A DNA stretch of 64,000 bases, taken from assembly GCA_963773095.1 (NCBI GenBank), contig CAVYZY010000002.1, positions 341,883 to 405,882 of the forward strand, written 5' to 3'. This document shows, piece by piece, positions 27,021-36,705 of the stretch. The position numbers and the translations under genes are program-made. Each line of letters begins with the position of its first letter. The first letter of the stretch is position 1. The notes under the pieces are model-generated. The model was not told the origin of the DNA. It saw only the letters and a program-made list of their open reading frames with translations, and did not search any database. The DNA comes from an uncultured Gemmatimonadales bacterium (GTDB taxonomy: Bacteria > Gemmatimonadota > Gemmatimonadetes > Gemmatimonadales > GWC2-71-9).

Positions 27021-28859
27021 TCAGCTGCCCTGGAGGTGCTCGAGGATGCGTTCGGCGAGGCGGGTGGAGACGCCCTCGACGCTGGCGAGTTCGGAGACGG
27101 TGGCGGAGCGCACCCCGGCCAGGCTGCCAAAGCGCTCGAGGAGGAGGCGCCGGCGCTTGGCGCCGATACCGCGAACGTTGAGCAGCTCGGAGGTGATGGT
27201 GCGTTCCGAGCGCCGCTTGCGGCTGTAGGCCACGCCGAAACGGTGCGCCTCGTCGCGGGCGCGCTGGAGCAGGCGCAGCGACGGACTGCGGCGTGGCAGC
27301 CGGAGGCTCTCGGCCCGCCCGGGAATGAAGACCTCCTCTTCCTTCTTGGCGAGGCTCGCGAAGGTGACCTCGCCCATGTCGAGGGCGCGCGCCGCCTCGA
27401 GTGCCGCCCCGAGCTGGCCCTTCCCGCCGTCGATGACCATGAGGTCGGGGAGCGGGAGGCCCTCGTCGCGGCGGCGCGTCAGGTAGCGGGTGATTACCTC
27501 GTGGATGGCGGCGAAGTCGTCCTGCTGCCCGAGCCCGCCGATGCGGAACTTGCGGTACTCGCTCTTGCGCGGCCGCCCGCCCTCGAACCAGACGAGCGAC
27601 CCGACGGTGTCCCGGCCGGCGTTGTGGGAGATGTCCACGCACACGAGACTGCGCGGCACCTTCTGCAGGCCGAGGTCGCGGCCCAGCGCGTAGACGGGAT
27701 CCTCGGCGCGCTCCTCGGTCTCGAAGGACTCGATGCGCAGGCTCTCGAGGAGGTGCCGGGCGTTCTGCTCCGCGAGCATGAGCCAGCGATGCATGATGCC
27801 GCGCTGGGGCAGCGCCCAGTCGGTCGCGGGCTCGAGCTCGGCGAGGAGCTCCAGCTCGGCGGGCGGGAACGGCAGCACCACGCGCAGCACGCGGGCGTCG
27901 GCGGGGAGGTAGTAGCGCACGATGAACGCGTTGAGGATGACGGGATCCTCCTCGCCCTCGACGTTCTCGAGGAAGCGATGTTCCCTGCCCAGCACCTTGC
28001 CGTCGCGCACGCGCAGGAGGACGGCCACGGCGTCGTCGCCATCGCGGGCAAAGCCGATGACGTCGGCATCGCCGCTGCCAACGATCTCGACGGCGGAGGT
28101 CTCCTCGAGCTTCTCGAGCCAGCGGAGGGCATCGCGATGCTCGCCGGCGCGCTCGAAGTCCTCGTGCTCCGCCGCCACGGCCATCAGCTCGCGAACGCGA
28201 AGCCGGATGTCCTGGGTGCGCCCCTCGAGGAAGGCGAGGACTTCGTCGATCATGGCGCGATAGTCAGCCTCGGTCTGCCAGCCAACGCACGGCGCCTTGC
28301 AGCGACCGATGTGATAGTCGAGGCAGGGCCGTTCGCGGCGCTCGCGCGGGAGGTCGTCCGCGCAGCTGCGGACGGTGTAGATGCGGCGCACGATGGCCAG
28401 CGCACGCCGCAACTGGGACACATCGGTGAACGGGCCGAAATAGCGGGCCCCGCTGAGGTCGCGGCGGCGGGTGACCAGCACGCGGGGAAATGGCTCCCCC
28501 GTCGTGACCGCGATGGAGGGATAGCTCTTGTCGTCCTTGAGCCGGACGTTGAAGCGGGGACGGTATTCCTTGATGAGGTTGTTCTCGAGCAGCAGCGACT
28601 GCGCCTCGGTGGCGGTCACCACGGTCTCAACGTCGGCGATGAGGCGGCGGAGCAGGATGAGCTTGGGGGAGGCGACGGGATCACTGGCGAAATAGCTGCG
28701 CACGCGCGAACTCAGGCGCTTGGCCTTGCCCACGTACAGCACCTGGCCCTGCGCATCCTTCCACAGATACACGCCCGGCCCGTCGGGCAATGTCTCGAGC
28801 TTGCGCTGCAGCGCGTCCGGCGCGCCGGCCTCGCCGCGCGTCCCATCCTTCACCGTCAT
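27021..28859 (-). CDS. uvrC: Excinuclease ABC subunit C
   Basis: GIY-YIG motif (GVYLWKDAQGQVLYVGKAKRLSSRVRSY), a UVR domain and a C-terminal (HhH)2. ATG at 28859 preferred. Confidence 0.9.
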   Translation of the reverse strand: MTVKDGTRGEAGAPDALQRKLETLPDGPGVYLWKDAQGQVLYVGKAKRLSSRVRSYFASDPVASPKLILLRRLIADVETVVTATEAQSLLLENNLIKEYRPRFNVRLKDDKSYPSIAVTTGEPFPRVLVTRRRDLSGARYFGPFTDVSQLRRALAIVRRIYTVRSCADDLPRERRERPCLDYHIGRCKAPCVGWQTEADYRAMIDEVLAFLEGRTQDIRLRVRELMAVAAEHEDFERAGEHRDALRWLEKLEETSAVEIVGSGDADVIGFARDGDDAVAVLLRVRDGKVLGREHRFLENVEGEEDPVILNAFIVRYYLPADARVLRVVLPFPPAELELLAELEPATDWALPQRGIMHRWLMLAEQNARHLLESLRIESFETEERAEDPVYALGRDLGLQKVPRSLVCVDISHNAGRDTVGSLVWFEGGRPRKSEYRKFRIGGLGQQDDFAAIHEVITRYLTRRRDEGLPLPDLMVIDGGKGQLGAALEAARALDMGEVTFASLAKKEEEVFIPGRAESLRLPRRSPSLRLLQRARDEAHRFGVAYSRKRRSERTITSELLNVRGIGAKRRRLLLERFGSLAGVRSATVSELASVEGVSTRLAERILEHLQGS

Positions 28860-29034
28860 GCCTGAAAGTTCGCCGGTAGAGTCACGAATAGGGAGGGCGC
28901 GTCTCTGGGGCGGCTCCTCCGGCTCTCGTGCCGTCGCTCCCAGCACCTGCCAAATTTGTCAGCGTCGATCCCGGACGCGCCGGGCAACAGAGCCTTCGGA
29001 GCCATCCCCATTCGACGCGCCGGAGCGACCCGCC

Positions 29035-30597
29035 TTACCCGCCCTGCCTGTTCACCCTGCCTCGGCTGAGCCGGGCGACGAAGGCGCGGGCCTCGCGGAT
29101 GCCCATCAGGTGGGTGCTGGCGACGTAGATGGCGGCATAGCAGCCCATGACCACGACGAACACGAGGATGGGCGGCCGCTGGTACACGAGCCGCAGGACG
29201 CCCCAGGCGCCGGCGGCGGCCACCGCGGCCGCGCCCCAGAGCCGCGCCAGGAGCCCGGCGTCGCTCACGGCGCGCCCGACGACACGGCAGAGCGAACGGC
29301 GCAGCAGGAGGAACTCGAGCCATCCGGCAAGGCTCCCCGCGAGGGCCAGACCGGGCGCTCCCCAGGCAGCTTCAATGCCGTACATCCGCGGCAGGTACAC
29401 CGCCAGCAGAAACCCGAGTGCAATTCCAGTCAGCACGCGGAGGATCGCGAACCGCATCGGGGTGCGGGTGTCCTGGATCGCGTAGAACGTGGAGGAATAG
29501 AGGCGGCCCAGGGTTCCGGGGAGGAGCCCGATCCCGGCGCCGGCGAGGATGCGCCACACGTAGAAGCTGTCGGCGCGATTGAAGCGGCCGGTCTCGAAGA
29601 GGGCGGCGGCCACAACCTGGCCCAGCGCCAGGAAGATGCCACATGTCGGAATGACAAAGTACGAGATCTGGCGGAGCCCCGCCTCGAGCCGCGCGCGCAG
29701 GTGCGCGTCGCGGTCACGCTGGTCGATGGACGCCCCCGACTCGCCCGACATGCGGGGCAGCTCGGCGGCCGAAACCGACATGCCGAAGAGGCTCACGGGC
29801 AGCACGTAGAGATTCTGGGCGTAGCTCAGCGCCGCCACCGCACCGCTCGGCAGGAGGGTCGCGATGAGCGTATCGACGTAGGCGCTGATCTGCACGACCC
29901 CGCGGCTCAGGAACGCGGGAAGGAAATTGTGGATGACGGTGCGGACGTGGTCGGTGGTGCCCTCGACACTGCCGCGCATCCCCTTCAGCATCGCCGTCAC
30001 CGTGGGGAGCTGCACCAGCACCTGCAGCGCCGCGCCGACCACCGAGCCCCAGGCCGCGACCACGACGAGTTCCACCTCGCCCACGCGCCCGCCCCAGAAG
30101 AGCAGTGCCGCGATGATCGCGAGGTTCCAGACGGCGGGCGCGGCGTAGGAAAGGAAGAACTTCCCGTGACTGTTGAGGACTCCGAGGCACCAGGCGGAGA
30201 TGACGAAGAGTCCCGCACCGGGGAAGAAGATCCGGACCAGCCGGATGGTCAGCTCGCGCTTGTCGCCCTCGAAGCCGGGCGCGATGAGGTCGATGAGGAA
30301 GGGCGTGGCGAGCACGCCAAGCAGCACGAGGACGCCGACCACCAGCGCCAGCAGCGCACCGACGGCCCGCGCCACTTTTCTCGCCTGCACCTCGTTGCCG
30401 GCGCCGAGCAGCCGGGCGTATACGGGGATGAACGAGGCGGAGAGCGCGCCCTCGCCGAAGAGGTTTTGCAGCAGGTTGGGGATGCGGAACGCGGCCGCGA
30501 AGGCGTCGGCCGCGTCGCCGACGCCGAGGTAGTGCCCCAGCACCCGCATCCGGACGAGCCCGACGACGCGGCTGGCCAGGATGCCCAGCGCCACCAT
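29035..30597 (-). CDS. murJ: Lipid II flippase MurJ (MviN)
   Basis: SRVVGLVRMRVLGHYLGVGDAADAFAAAFRIPNLLQNLFGEGALSASFIPVY. 520 aa, polytopic. Confidence 0.9.
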   Translation of the reverse strand: MVALGILASRVVGLVRMRVLGHYLGVGDAADAFAAAFRIPNLLQNLFGEGALSASFIPVYARLLGAGNEVQARKVARAVGALLALVVGVLVLLGVLATPFLIDLIAPGFEGDKRELTIRLVRIFFPGAGLFVISAWCLGVLNSHGKFFLSYAAPAVWNLAIIAALLFWGGRVGEVELVVVAAWGSVVGAALQVLVQLPTVTAMLKGMRGSVEGTTDHVRTVIHNFLPAFLSRGVVQISAYVDTLIATLLPSGAVAALSYAQNLYVLPVSLFGMSVSAAELPRMSGESGASIDQRDRDAHLRARLEAGLRQISYFVIPTCGIFLALGQVVAAALFETGRFNRADSFYVWRILAGAGIGLLPGTLGRLYSSTFYAIQDTRTPMRFAILRVLTGIALGFLLAVYLPRMYGIEAAWGAPGLALAGSLAGWLEFLLLRRSLCRVVGRAVSDAGLLARLWGAAAVAAAGAWGVLRLVYQRPPILVFVVVMGCYAAIYVASTHLMGIREARAFVARLSRGRVNRQGG

Positions 30598-30641
30598 CAG
30601 CGCTGAGCCGCGTCGCAGCGCCGGCCTGGCTGGAATGGTGG

Positions 30642-30920
30642 TCAGGCGTTGGGTGGCGGTGGGAGGGTGCGAGGCGGAGCGTCTTCGATGAGCCGCTGGA
30701 GGAATTGATTCTCCTCCTTGAGCTCCTGCACGGCGCGAGAGAGGTCGTCCACGTCGCTCTCGAGCAGGTCCACCTTCTTGGCGAGTTCCGCGATGCCGGC
30801 CGGTTCCTGCGACGGCCCCTCGAGACGGCGCGCAAGCGCCCGCCCGATGGGCGAGTCGAAGACGATGCCCATGATGGGAATCATCAATGCAACGAGGAGC
30901 AGCAGGGCGATGATGGACAT
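30642..30920 (-). CDS. Small membrane-anchored coiled-coil protein, function unknown
   Basis: 92 aa with an N-terminal TM helix (IIALLLLVALMIPIMGIVF), then an acidic heptad-like segment and a Pro-rich tail. GC-rich third codon positions are consistent with coding. Confidence 0.5.
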   Translation of the reverse strand: MSIIALLLLVALMIPIMGIVFDSPIGRALARRLEGPSQEPAGIAELAKKVDLLESDVDDLSRAVQELKEENQFLQRLIEDAPPRTLPPPPNA

Positions 30921-30932
30921 TGATCCTCGAAC

Positions 30933-32462
30933 CTAGGAGCGGGCCCCCACCCCTTCAAGGGCGCCAGCGTACCAGGCGCCGGCCTCGGCCAGCACGGCGT
31001 CGAGGAAGCCCCGGCCGTTCCGCGCCAGGAACGGGGCCACGGTGAAGACGCGCTCCTGCGGTTTTCCGTCGGGCCGCACGAGGTTCCGGGCGCGCGCCAC
31101 CTGGCCCAGCTCGGTCTCGCTGCGCTTCTTCAGGTGCTGCACCAGCTTCTTCTCGATCTCCTCGACGCCACGCAGCGCGTTGCCGCGGGCACCCTGCACC
31201 GTCTTCTCGAGAGTCGGATCGATACCGACGGCGGCGGCCGCAAGGCCGCCGTACTCCTCCTCGAGCGCCTGGCGGAGCCGGGCGATGCCGGCAATGGCGC
31301 CCTGCGGCAACTGGGACCGCGCGATGCGTCCCTCGATGGCGCCATCGGGCCCGCGCAGGTCGTCCACCGTGAGGCGGAACTTGGCCATGACGCGTTCCAC
31401 CCTGGGCTCGATGACGAGGCCGGACCAGCGGGCGACCGGGAGCTGGCGGTCCATGCCGAGCGCCGCGTACACCGGCGGCGTGAGGGCGAGATAGCGCAGC
31501 TCGCCGGGACCGGCGACGTACGCGACCGTCGGCAGCACGGCGCTCTCCACCACCGGACGCAGCAGCACATTGGGCGAGAGACGTTCCGGTTCCGATGCCG
31601 CAATCGCAGAGAGTTCGGCCATGGTGTACGTCTGGCCACTACGCCGATCGCGGAAGTCACTACCGGCGCGTACGAGGCGGTCGCGTCCCTGGGCACCGTC
31701 GAGGAACACGAGCGTCGCACCGTCACCCACGGCCACGCCGGGATCCTCGCCCTGGCGGGCCAGCTCGGCGGCAAGCGGGACCAGCGGCTCCTCGATCGCC
31801 CGGGCCTGGGAGAGCGCGCGCATCATGACGGGTGCCGCGAGCTGCTTCAGCGCACGACATCCGGCATCGAGGCAGACGACACCGAGTGGCGCCACCAGCT
31901 CGGCGAGGGCACCCGCGTAGGCAGCGCCGACGGTCGCGTCGGCGTGATAGTGGCGCTCCAGCCAGGCCAGGGTCTCATCGGCGAAGCCGTCGCCGGGGAG
32001 ATCGGCCCTGAGCGTGGCCAGGGCGGTGACGATCTCGGGGCCGAGCGCCTCACGGTACATCGGCGCCATCACCGCATCGGCGGCGCGCTCGCGGAGGATC
32101 ACGTGGCGCACGCTGCCGTCGGGCGCGGGCCACGCGGCGCGAGTGGCTTCGGCGAAGTCGTGATCGTCGGTAGCGAGCCAGAACACGGGCACGACGGGCC
32201 GCTGCCAGAGCGCCTCCAGCCGCCGGGCGAGGGTGGTGATGGAGACAGCCTTGTAGACGGTGTAGAGGGGCCCGGTGAACAGCCCGGGCTGCTGCCCGGT
32301 GGTGACCACGAGGGCGCCGGGCTGGAGCAATCGAGCGCGCGGATCGGGATGACCGACGGGCACCACCGCCGCCTCGAGCACGCGGGGATCCACGCCGCCG
32401 GCGCGCGGCGACGGCATCGGCAGGCGTTCGCGCAGCGGCGTGGTGACGAGCTGGATACTCAT
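30933..32462 (-). CDS. bshC: Bacillithiol biosynthesis protein BshC (UPF0747)
   Basis: VVTTGQQPGLFTGPLYTVYKAVS and VPVFWLATDDHDFAE, the hallmark BshC motifs. 509 aa. Confidence 0.8.
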   Translation of the reverse strand: MSIQLVTTPLRERLPMPSPRAGGVDPRVLEAAVVPVGHPDPRARLLQPGALVVTTGQQPGLFTGPLYTVYKAVSITTLARRLEALWQRPVVPVFWLATDDHDFAEATRAAWPAPDGSVRHVILRERAADAVMAPMYREALGPEIVTALATLRADLPGDGFADETLAWLERHYHADATVGAAYAGALAELVAPLGVVCLDAGCRALKQLAAPVMMRALSQARAIEEPLVPLAAELARQGEDPGVAVGDGATLVFLDGAQGRDRLVRAGSDFRDRRSGQTYTMAELSAIAASEPERLSPNVLLRPVVESAVLPTVAYVAGPGELRYLALTPPVYAALGMDRQLPVARWSGLVIEPRVERVMAKFRLTVDDLRGPDGAIEGRIARSQLPQGAIAGIARLRQALEEEYGGLAAAAVGIDPTLEKTVQGARGNALRGVEEIEKKLVQHLKKRSETELGQVARARNLVRPDGKPQERVFTVAPFLARNGRGFLDAVLAEAGAWYAGALEGVGARS

Positions 32463-33214
32463 GCCGCCTGCCCGATCAGCAGGGCACGCGGGGCGCCGTC
32501 GACGAGCGCCGCGCCCTGGTAGTCGCCGAACCGGTGCCGGACCGAGATACCTGCCGCGATGAGCATCGCCTCAAGGTCAGCCGCGTCGTAGAGACGCACG
32601 CGCTCAATGAACTGCCGGCCATCCGCCAGATGAATCTCCTTGATGACGTGCCGCTGATCGGCCGAAAGGTACCGGCGCAGGCGGCTTCCCCGCTCCCCCG
32701 GCTCGAGCGCGCCCGTGCCCCCGCTCACGCGCGCGCGCACTTGTGCCGCATTGAGGAAGTCGAGCACGAACCAGCCCGCGGGCCGCAGGACCTCCGCCAT
32801 GCCGGCGATCGTGCGGGCGTGCTCGGCGTCGCTCTCGAAGTACCCGAAACTGGTGAAAAGGCTCAGGCAGGCGTCCATGGATCGCGCGCGGATCGGCAGG
32901 TGCCGCATGTCGGCGCGCACCAGTGGCGCCGCCGTCACCTCGCGGGCGCGGTGCAGCAGGACCCGGGAGAGATCGAGGCCAATGGGGCGGAGCCCGGCGC
33001 GGTCGAGCGCCGCCGCATGGCGGCCGGGACCGCAGCCGACATCGAGGATGCGCCACGCGCCGGTCCACTGCGTGCAGCGCGCGATGAGCGAGACCAGCTG
33101 CTCCGCCTCCGCCGCATCGCGATGGGGATAGAGGGCGAGGTAGTCGTCGTTGAACCACTCGGTGAACCACTCAGGCACGGCGTCGAGAGTTAAGAGTCGA
33201 GAGTCGAGAGTCAC
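32459..33214 (-). CDS. Class I SAM-dependent methyltransferase
   Basis: ILDVGCGPGRH motif I. The first 12 codons lie inside a heptamer repeat array, so the alternative GTG start at 33178 (VPEWFTEWFNDDY) is plausible. Confidence 0.75.
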   Translation of the reverse strand: MTLDSRLLTLDAVPEWFTEWFNDDYLALYPHRDAAEAEQLVSLIARCTQWTGAWRILDVGCGPGRHAAALDRAGLRPIGLDLSRVLLHRAREVTAAPLVRADMRHLPIRARSMDACLSLFTSFGYFESDAEHARTIAGMAEVLRPAGWFVLDFLNAAQVRARVSGGTGALEPGERGSRLRRYLSADQRHVIKEIHLADGRQFIERVRLYDAADLEAMLIAAGISVRHRFGDYQGAALVDGAPRALLIGQAA

Positions 33215-33216
33215 GA
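33182..33216. repeat. Tandem heptamer array GTCGAGA GTTAAGA GTCGAGA GTCGAGA GTCACGA
   Basis: Read directly from the sequence. Lies in the rlmH-methyltransferase junction. Confidence 0.9.
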
Positions 33217-33229
33217 AGCACGGTCCAGC

Positions 33230-33688
33230 TCACTTGTGGTAGGGCTCGCCGCGGAGGATGGTCCAGGCACGATAGACCTGCTCCAGCACCACGACGCGCG
33301 CCAGTTCGTGCGGCAAAGTAAGGGGGCCGAGGCTCCAGGCGAGATCGGCGGATTCGACGAGTTCGGGGGCGAGGCCATTGGAGCCGCCGATGACGAGGCA
33401 CACGGGCCGGGCGCCGACGCGCCAGCGATCGAGCTCCTCTGCGAGGGCCTCGCTCGAGAGGCCCTTCCCCGCCCGGTCGAGGACGACCACGCGGCTCCCG
33501 GCGGGCAGCTTCTCGCGCAGCCGGGCGGCTTCTTCCTTCAACTGCACCGCTGGCGAGGGCGCGCGCGTGGCCTCGCGCACCTCCACCTCGGCGAACTCCA
33601 CGAACCGGGTGACCCGCGAGGCATACTCGTCGGCGAGGGCCCGGTATTCCGGCCGCAGCCGGCCGACGGCGGCGAGGGTGAGCTTCAC
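33230..33688 (-). CDS. rlmH: 23S rRNA (pseudouridine1915-N3)-methyltransferase RlmH
   Basis: 152 aa SPOUT protein with LVIGGSNGLAPE...LSLGPLTLPHELARVVVLEQVYRAWTILRGEPYHK. Confidence 0.9.
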   Translation of the reverse strand: MKLTLAAVGRLRPEYRALADEYASRVTRFVEFAEVEVREATRAPSPAVQLKEEAARLREKLPAGSRVVVLDRAGKGLSSEALAEELDRWRVGARPVCLVIGGSNGLAPELVESADLAWSLGPLTLPHELARVVVLEQVYRAWTILRGEPYHK

Positions 33689-33691
33689 CCG

Positions 33692-34999
33692 TTACGCGTA
33701 CATGCCCCGCAGCCGGTGCACGGCCGCGACCCGCTCGATGGCCAGCATGTAGGCGCCGGTCCGCATGTTCAGCGCGTGGGTGTCGGACATGCCCGCCACC
33801 TCGTCGAACGAGCGGACCATGATCTTCTCCAGCCGCTGGTTCACCGTCTCCTCGTCCCAGAAGTAGCCGCCGCGGTCCTGGACCCACTCGAAGTAGCTCA
33901 CGGTGACGCCACCGGCGTTGGCGAGGATGTCGGGGATGACGAAGACGCCTTTCTCCTCGAGGATCCTGTCGGCGTTGGCCGTGGTGGGGCCGTTGGCACC
34001 CTCGCAGATGACCTTCGCCCTGATGGTCGCGGCGTTCTTGCTGGTGATCACGTTCTCGAGGGCGGCAGGGACGAGCACGTCGCAGTCCACGGTCAGCAGT
34101 TCCTCGTTGGTGATCCCCTCGCCCTTCGGATACCCGGTGAGGAACTTGTTCTTCCGCACATGCTCGAGCAGGTCAGTGACGTCGAGTCCCTTCGCGTTCC
34201 AGATGCCGCCGGTCTTGTCACTCACGGCAACGATGGTGCACCCGGCCTGCTCCAGCAGCTGGGCGGCGATGGAGCCGACATTGCCGAAGCCCTGCACCGC
34301 GACCCGCGCGCCCTTCACCGGCATGCCGAGCCGGGCCAGAGCCTTCAGGGTGACGATCATGCAGCCGCGGCCGGTGGCCTCGCGACGACCGAGCGACCCG
34401 CCCATCTCGATGGGCTTGCCGGTTACGACGGCGGTGACGGTGTGGCGCTTGTGCATGGAGTAGGTGTCCATGACCCACGCCATGACACGCTCGTTGGTGT
34501 TCACGTCGGGCGCGGGAACGTCCGAGTCGGGACCGAGGGTATCGATGATGGCGGAGGTGTAGCGGCGGGTGAGGCGTTCGAGCTCGGGCATCGACATGTG
34601 GGAAGGATCACAGATGACACCGCCCTTGGAGCCACCGAACGGAATATTGACCACCGCGCATTTCCACGTCATCCACGCCGCCAGCGCCTTCACCTCGTCG
34701 AGATGCACGTTCATGTCGAACCGGATGCCGCCCTTGGCGGGCCCGCGCGACGAGTTGTGAATGACGCGATACCCGGTGTAGACCTCGACCTCGCCGTTGT
34801 CCCGGTGGACCGGCACGGCGACGATGATCTGCTTCTCGGGGTGTCGCAGCACCTTGTAGAGGCCGGGGTCGAGGCTGAGGCGCTGCGCTGCGTAGTCGAA
34901 CCGCGACATCATCGCCTCGAACGGATTTTCCTCGGTGAGGAAGCGATCCTTGTCGGGCGAGATGATGGGCTGGCCCCGATGGGTGGCGATGCTGGTCAT
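33692..34999 (-). CDS. gdhA: Glutamate dehydrogenase (Glu/Leu/Phe/Val dehydrogenase family)
   Basis: [10 protein letters not shown] catalytic lysine motif and GFGNVG NAD(P)-binding motif. 435 aa. Confidence 0.9.
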   Translation of the reverse strand: MTSIATHRGQPIISPDKDRFLTEENPFEAMMSRFDYAAQRLSLDPGLYKVLRHPEKQIIVAVPVHRDNGEVEVYTGYRVIHNSSRGPAKGGIRFDMNVHLDEVKALAAWMTWKCAVVNIPFGGSKGGVICDPSHMSMPELERLTRRYTSAIIDTLGPDSDVPAPDVNTNERVMAWVMDTYSMHKRHTVTAVVTGKPIEMGGSLGRREATGRGCMIVTLKALARLGMPVKGARVAVQGFGNVGSIAAQLLEQAGCTIVAVSDKTGGIWNAKGLDVTDLLEHVRKNKFLTGYPKGEGITNEELLTVDCDVLVPAALENVITSKNAATIRAKVICEGANGPTTANADRILEEKGVFVIPDILANAGGVTVSYFEWVQDRGGYFWDEETVNQRLEKIMVRSFDEVAGMSDTHALNMRTGAYMLAIERVAAVHRLRGMYA

Positions 35000-35032
35000 T
35001 GGGTTCTCCGGCGCCGCGGCGCACGGCCTGGG

Positions 35033-36079
35033 TTAAAGGCGATCCACACTGTTGACGACGGCATCGAGCGCCGCGACGATGCGATCCCCGGCGCGCTCCC
35101 ACTCGAGGCCGAGCACGGCGACGAGCGGCTCAGGCACACTGGCGGGCCAGCGATCACGCAGCTTGACGGCATCCTTCTCGGTCATGACGACGTGATCGGC
35201 GCGGCGCGCGGCATGGGCCAGCCACGCGAGGTCCTCGTCGCGATAGTCATGATGATCCTTCCACGTGGCCACCTGCACCTGCGCCCCGATGGACTTGACC
35301 TGGGCCACGAAGGCGTCGGGATCGGCGATGCCGGCGGCGGCCACGACGCGGCGCCCGGACAACTCGCTCGCAGCCACGCGACGGCCGGAGACGAGCCCCT
35401 CCAGGTGGCGCAGGCCCAGGTGCGCGATCGCCACGGGCCCGGCCACGCGCGACGACAACTCGTCGGCCAGGACCTCGGCCGCGTCGGGAGTGGCGCGCTT
35501 CCGGGTGACGATCAGCGCGTCGGCCCGGTCGAGCGCCTCCACGCCCTCGCGCCACGGCCCCGCAGGCACTGCCCAGCGCACGGCGCGGGTGGTCTCGGCG
35601 GCCACGACCGCGAGATTCAGGTCGCGCCGCACATCCAGCCGCTGGTACGCGTCGTCGAGCACCAGCACCTGGGCGCCCTGGGCCAGGGCTGCCTCCGCTC
35701 CGGCCACCCGGTCGGCGTTGGCGACGACGATCGCCTCGGGCACGGAGCGGCGATGAACCAGCGTCTCGTCGCCGCCATAGCCCCGCAACAGGATCCCCGG
35801 CCGCAGGCCCTGCGCGGCGTAATGTCTCGCTATCCATATGGCGACGGGCGTCTTGCCCGAGCCACCCACCGTGAGGTTCCCCACGGCGACCGTCGGGAGG
35901 GGCAGGTCATGCGTCGTGGCCCATCCACGCCGGTACGCTGCCTCCCTGAGCTTCATGCCAGCCCGCCAGAGCGCGGAGGCGGGAACGAGCGGGGCACGGG
36001 CCAGGCGGGCCTCCGGACGCCGGCTGGTCCAGAGCCAGCGCAGGAACCTGTGGGTATCGCCCCGCCGGCCCCCGATCAT
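35033..36079 (-). CDS. lpxK: Tetraacyldisaccharide 4'-kinase
   Basis: VGNLTVGGSGKTP P-loop. ATGA overlap with the upstream gene. Sits in the lpx operon. Confidence 0.85.
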   Translation of the reverse strand: MIGGRRGDTHRFLRWLWTSRRPEARLARAPLVPASALWRAGMKLREAAYRRGWATTHDLPLPTVAVGNLTVGGSGKTPVAIWIARHYAAQGLRPGILLRGYGGDETLVHRRSVPEAIVVANADRVAGAEAALAQGAQVLVLDDAYQRLDVRRDLNLAVVAAETTRAVRWAVPAGPWREGVEALDRADALIVTRKRATPDAAEVLADELSSRVAGPVAIAHLGLRHLEGLVSGRRVAASELSGRRVVAAAGIADPDAFVAQVKSIGAQVQVATWKDHHDYRDEDLAWLAHAARRADHVVMTEKDAVKLRDRWPASVPEPLVAVLGLEWERAGDRIVAALDAVVNSVDRL

Positions 36080-36705
36080 GCCGCCGCTCCAAGCAGGTTC
36101 AGTGCCCGTTCGGCGACCGCGGCGGCCTCCGAAACGCCCTCCGAACCGGGGCCGACCTGGATGGGATCGCCGTAGGCAACGCGGACCAGGGAGCCCGGCT
36201 TGGGGATGGCGAAGCGGTCCCAGGACCGCAGGCGCCAGGCCTTCGCCGGGGTAGCGCGGATGGGGACGAGCGGCACCCCGGCGCGCTGCGCCGCGAGGGC
36301 CGCCCCGGACTTGAACACCCGGCGCGGGCCACGGGGGCCGTCGGGGGTGAAGGTGACGCTGGTGCCCGCCTGCAGCTCGCGCACAGCCTCCAGCAGCACC
36401 CGCGCGCCGCGCCGGCTGCTCGAGCCGCGCAGCGGCCGGTAGCCGAACCCCTCGGCGACCTGAGCGGCGTACTCCCCATCACGCGAGCCACTCACGACGA
36501 CACCCATGCCGACGCCCCGCCCGTGCCACAGCAGGGGCAGCAGCTCTTCATGCCAGCAGGCGAGCACGACAGCCGCCTTGCCGGCCCGCACGGCATCCTC
36601 GAGGTCGGACCGGGGTGGCAGTTCGAAGCGCCAGGTGCGCGCGAGCGCAGCGATGAGCGGGCGCGCGATGACGCGGACCTGGGGGGGCGAGAGCCGGATC
36701 TTCAT
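36076..36705 (-). CDS. DUF374 lysophospholipid-acyltransferase-like protein
   Basis: MKIRLSPPQ start at ATG 36705, overlapping the lpxB stop as ATGA. Also LACWHEELL and TFTPDGPRGPRR motifs. Commonly found in kdtA/lpx clusters. Confidence 0.7.
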   Translation of the reverse strand: MKIRLSPPQVRVIARPLIAALARTWRFELPPRSDLEDAVRAGKAAVVLACWHEELLPLLWHGRGVGMGVVVSGSRDGEYAAQVAEGFGYRPLRGSSSRRGARVLLEAVRELQAGTSVTFTPDGPRGPRRVFKSGAALAAQRAGVPLVPIRATPAKAWRLRSWDRFAIPKPGSLVRVAYGDPIQVGPGSEGVSEAAAVAERALNLLGAAA

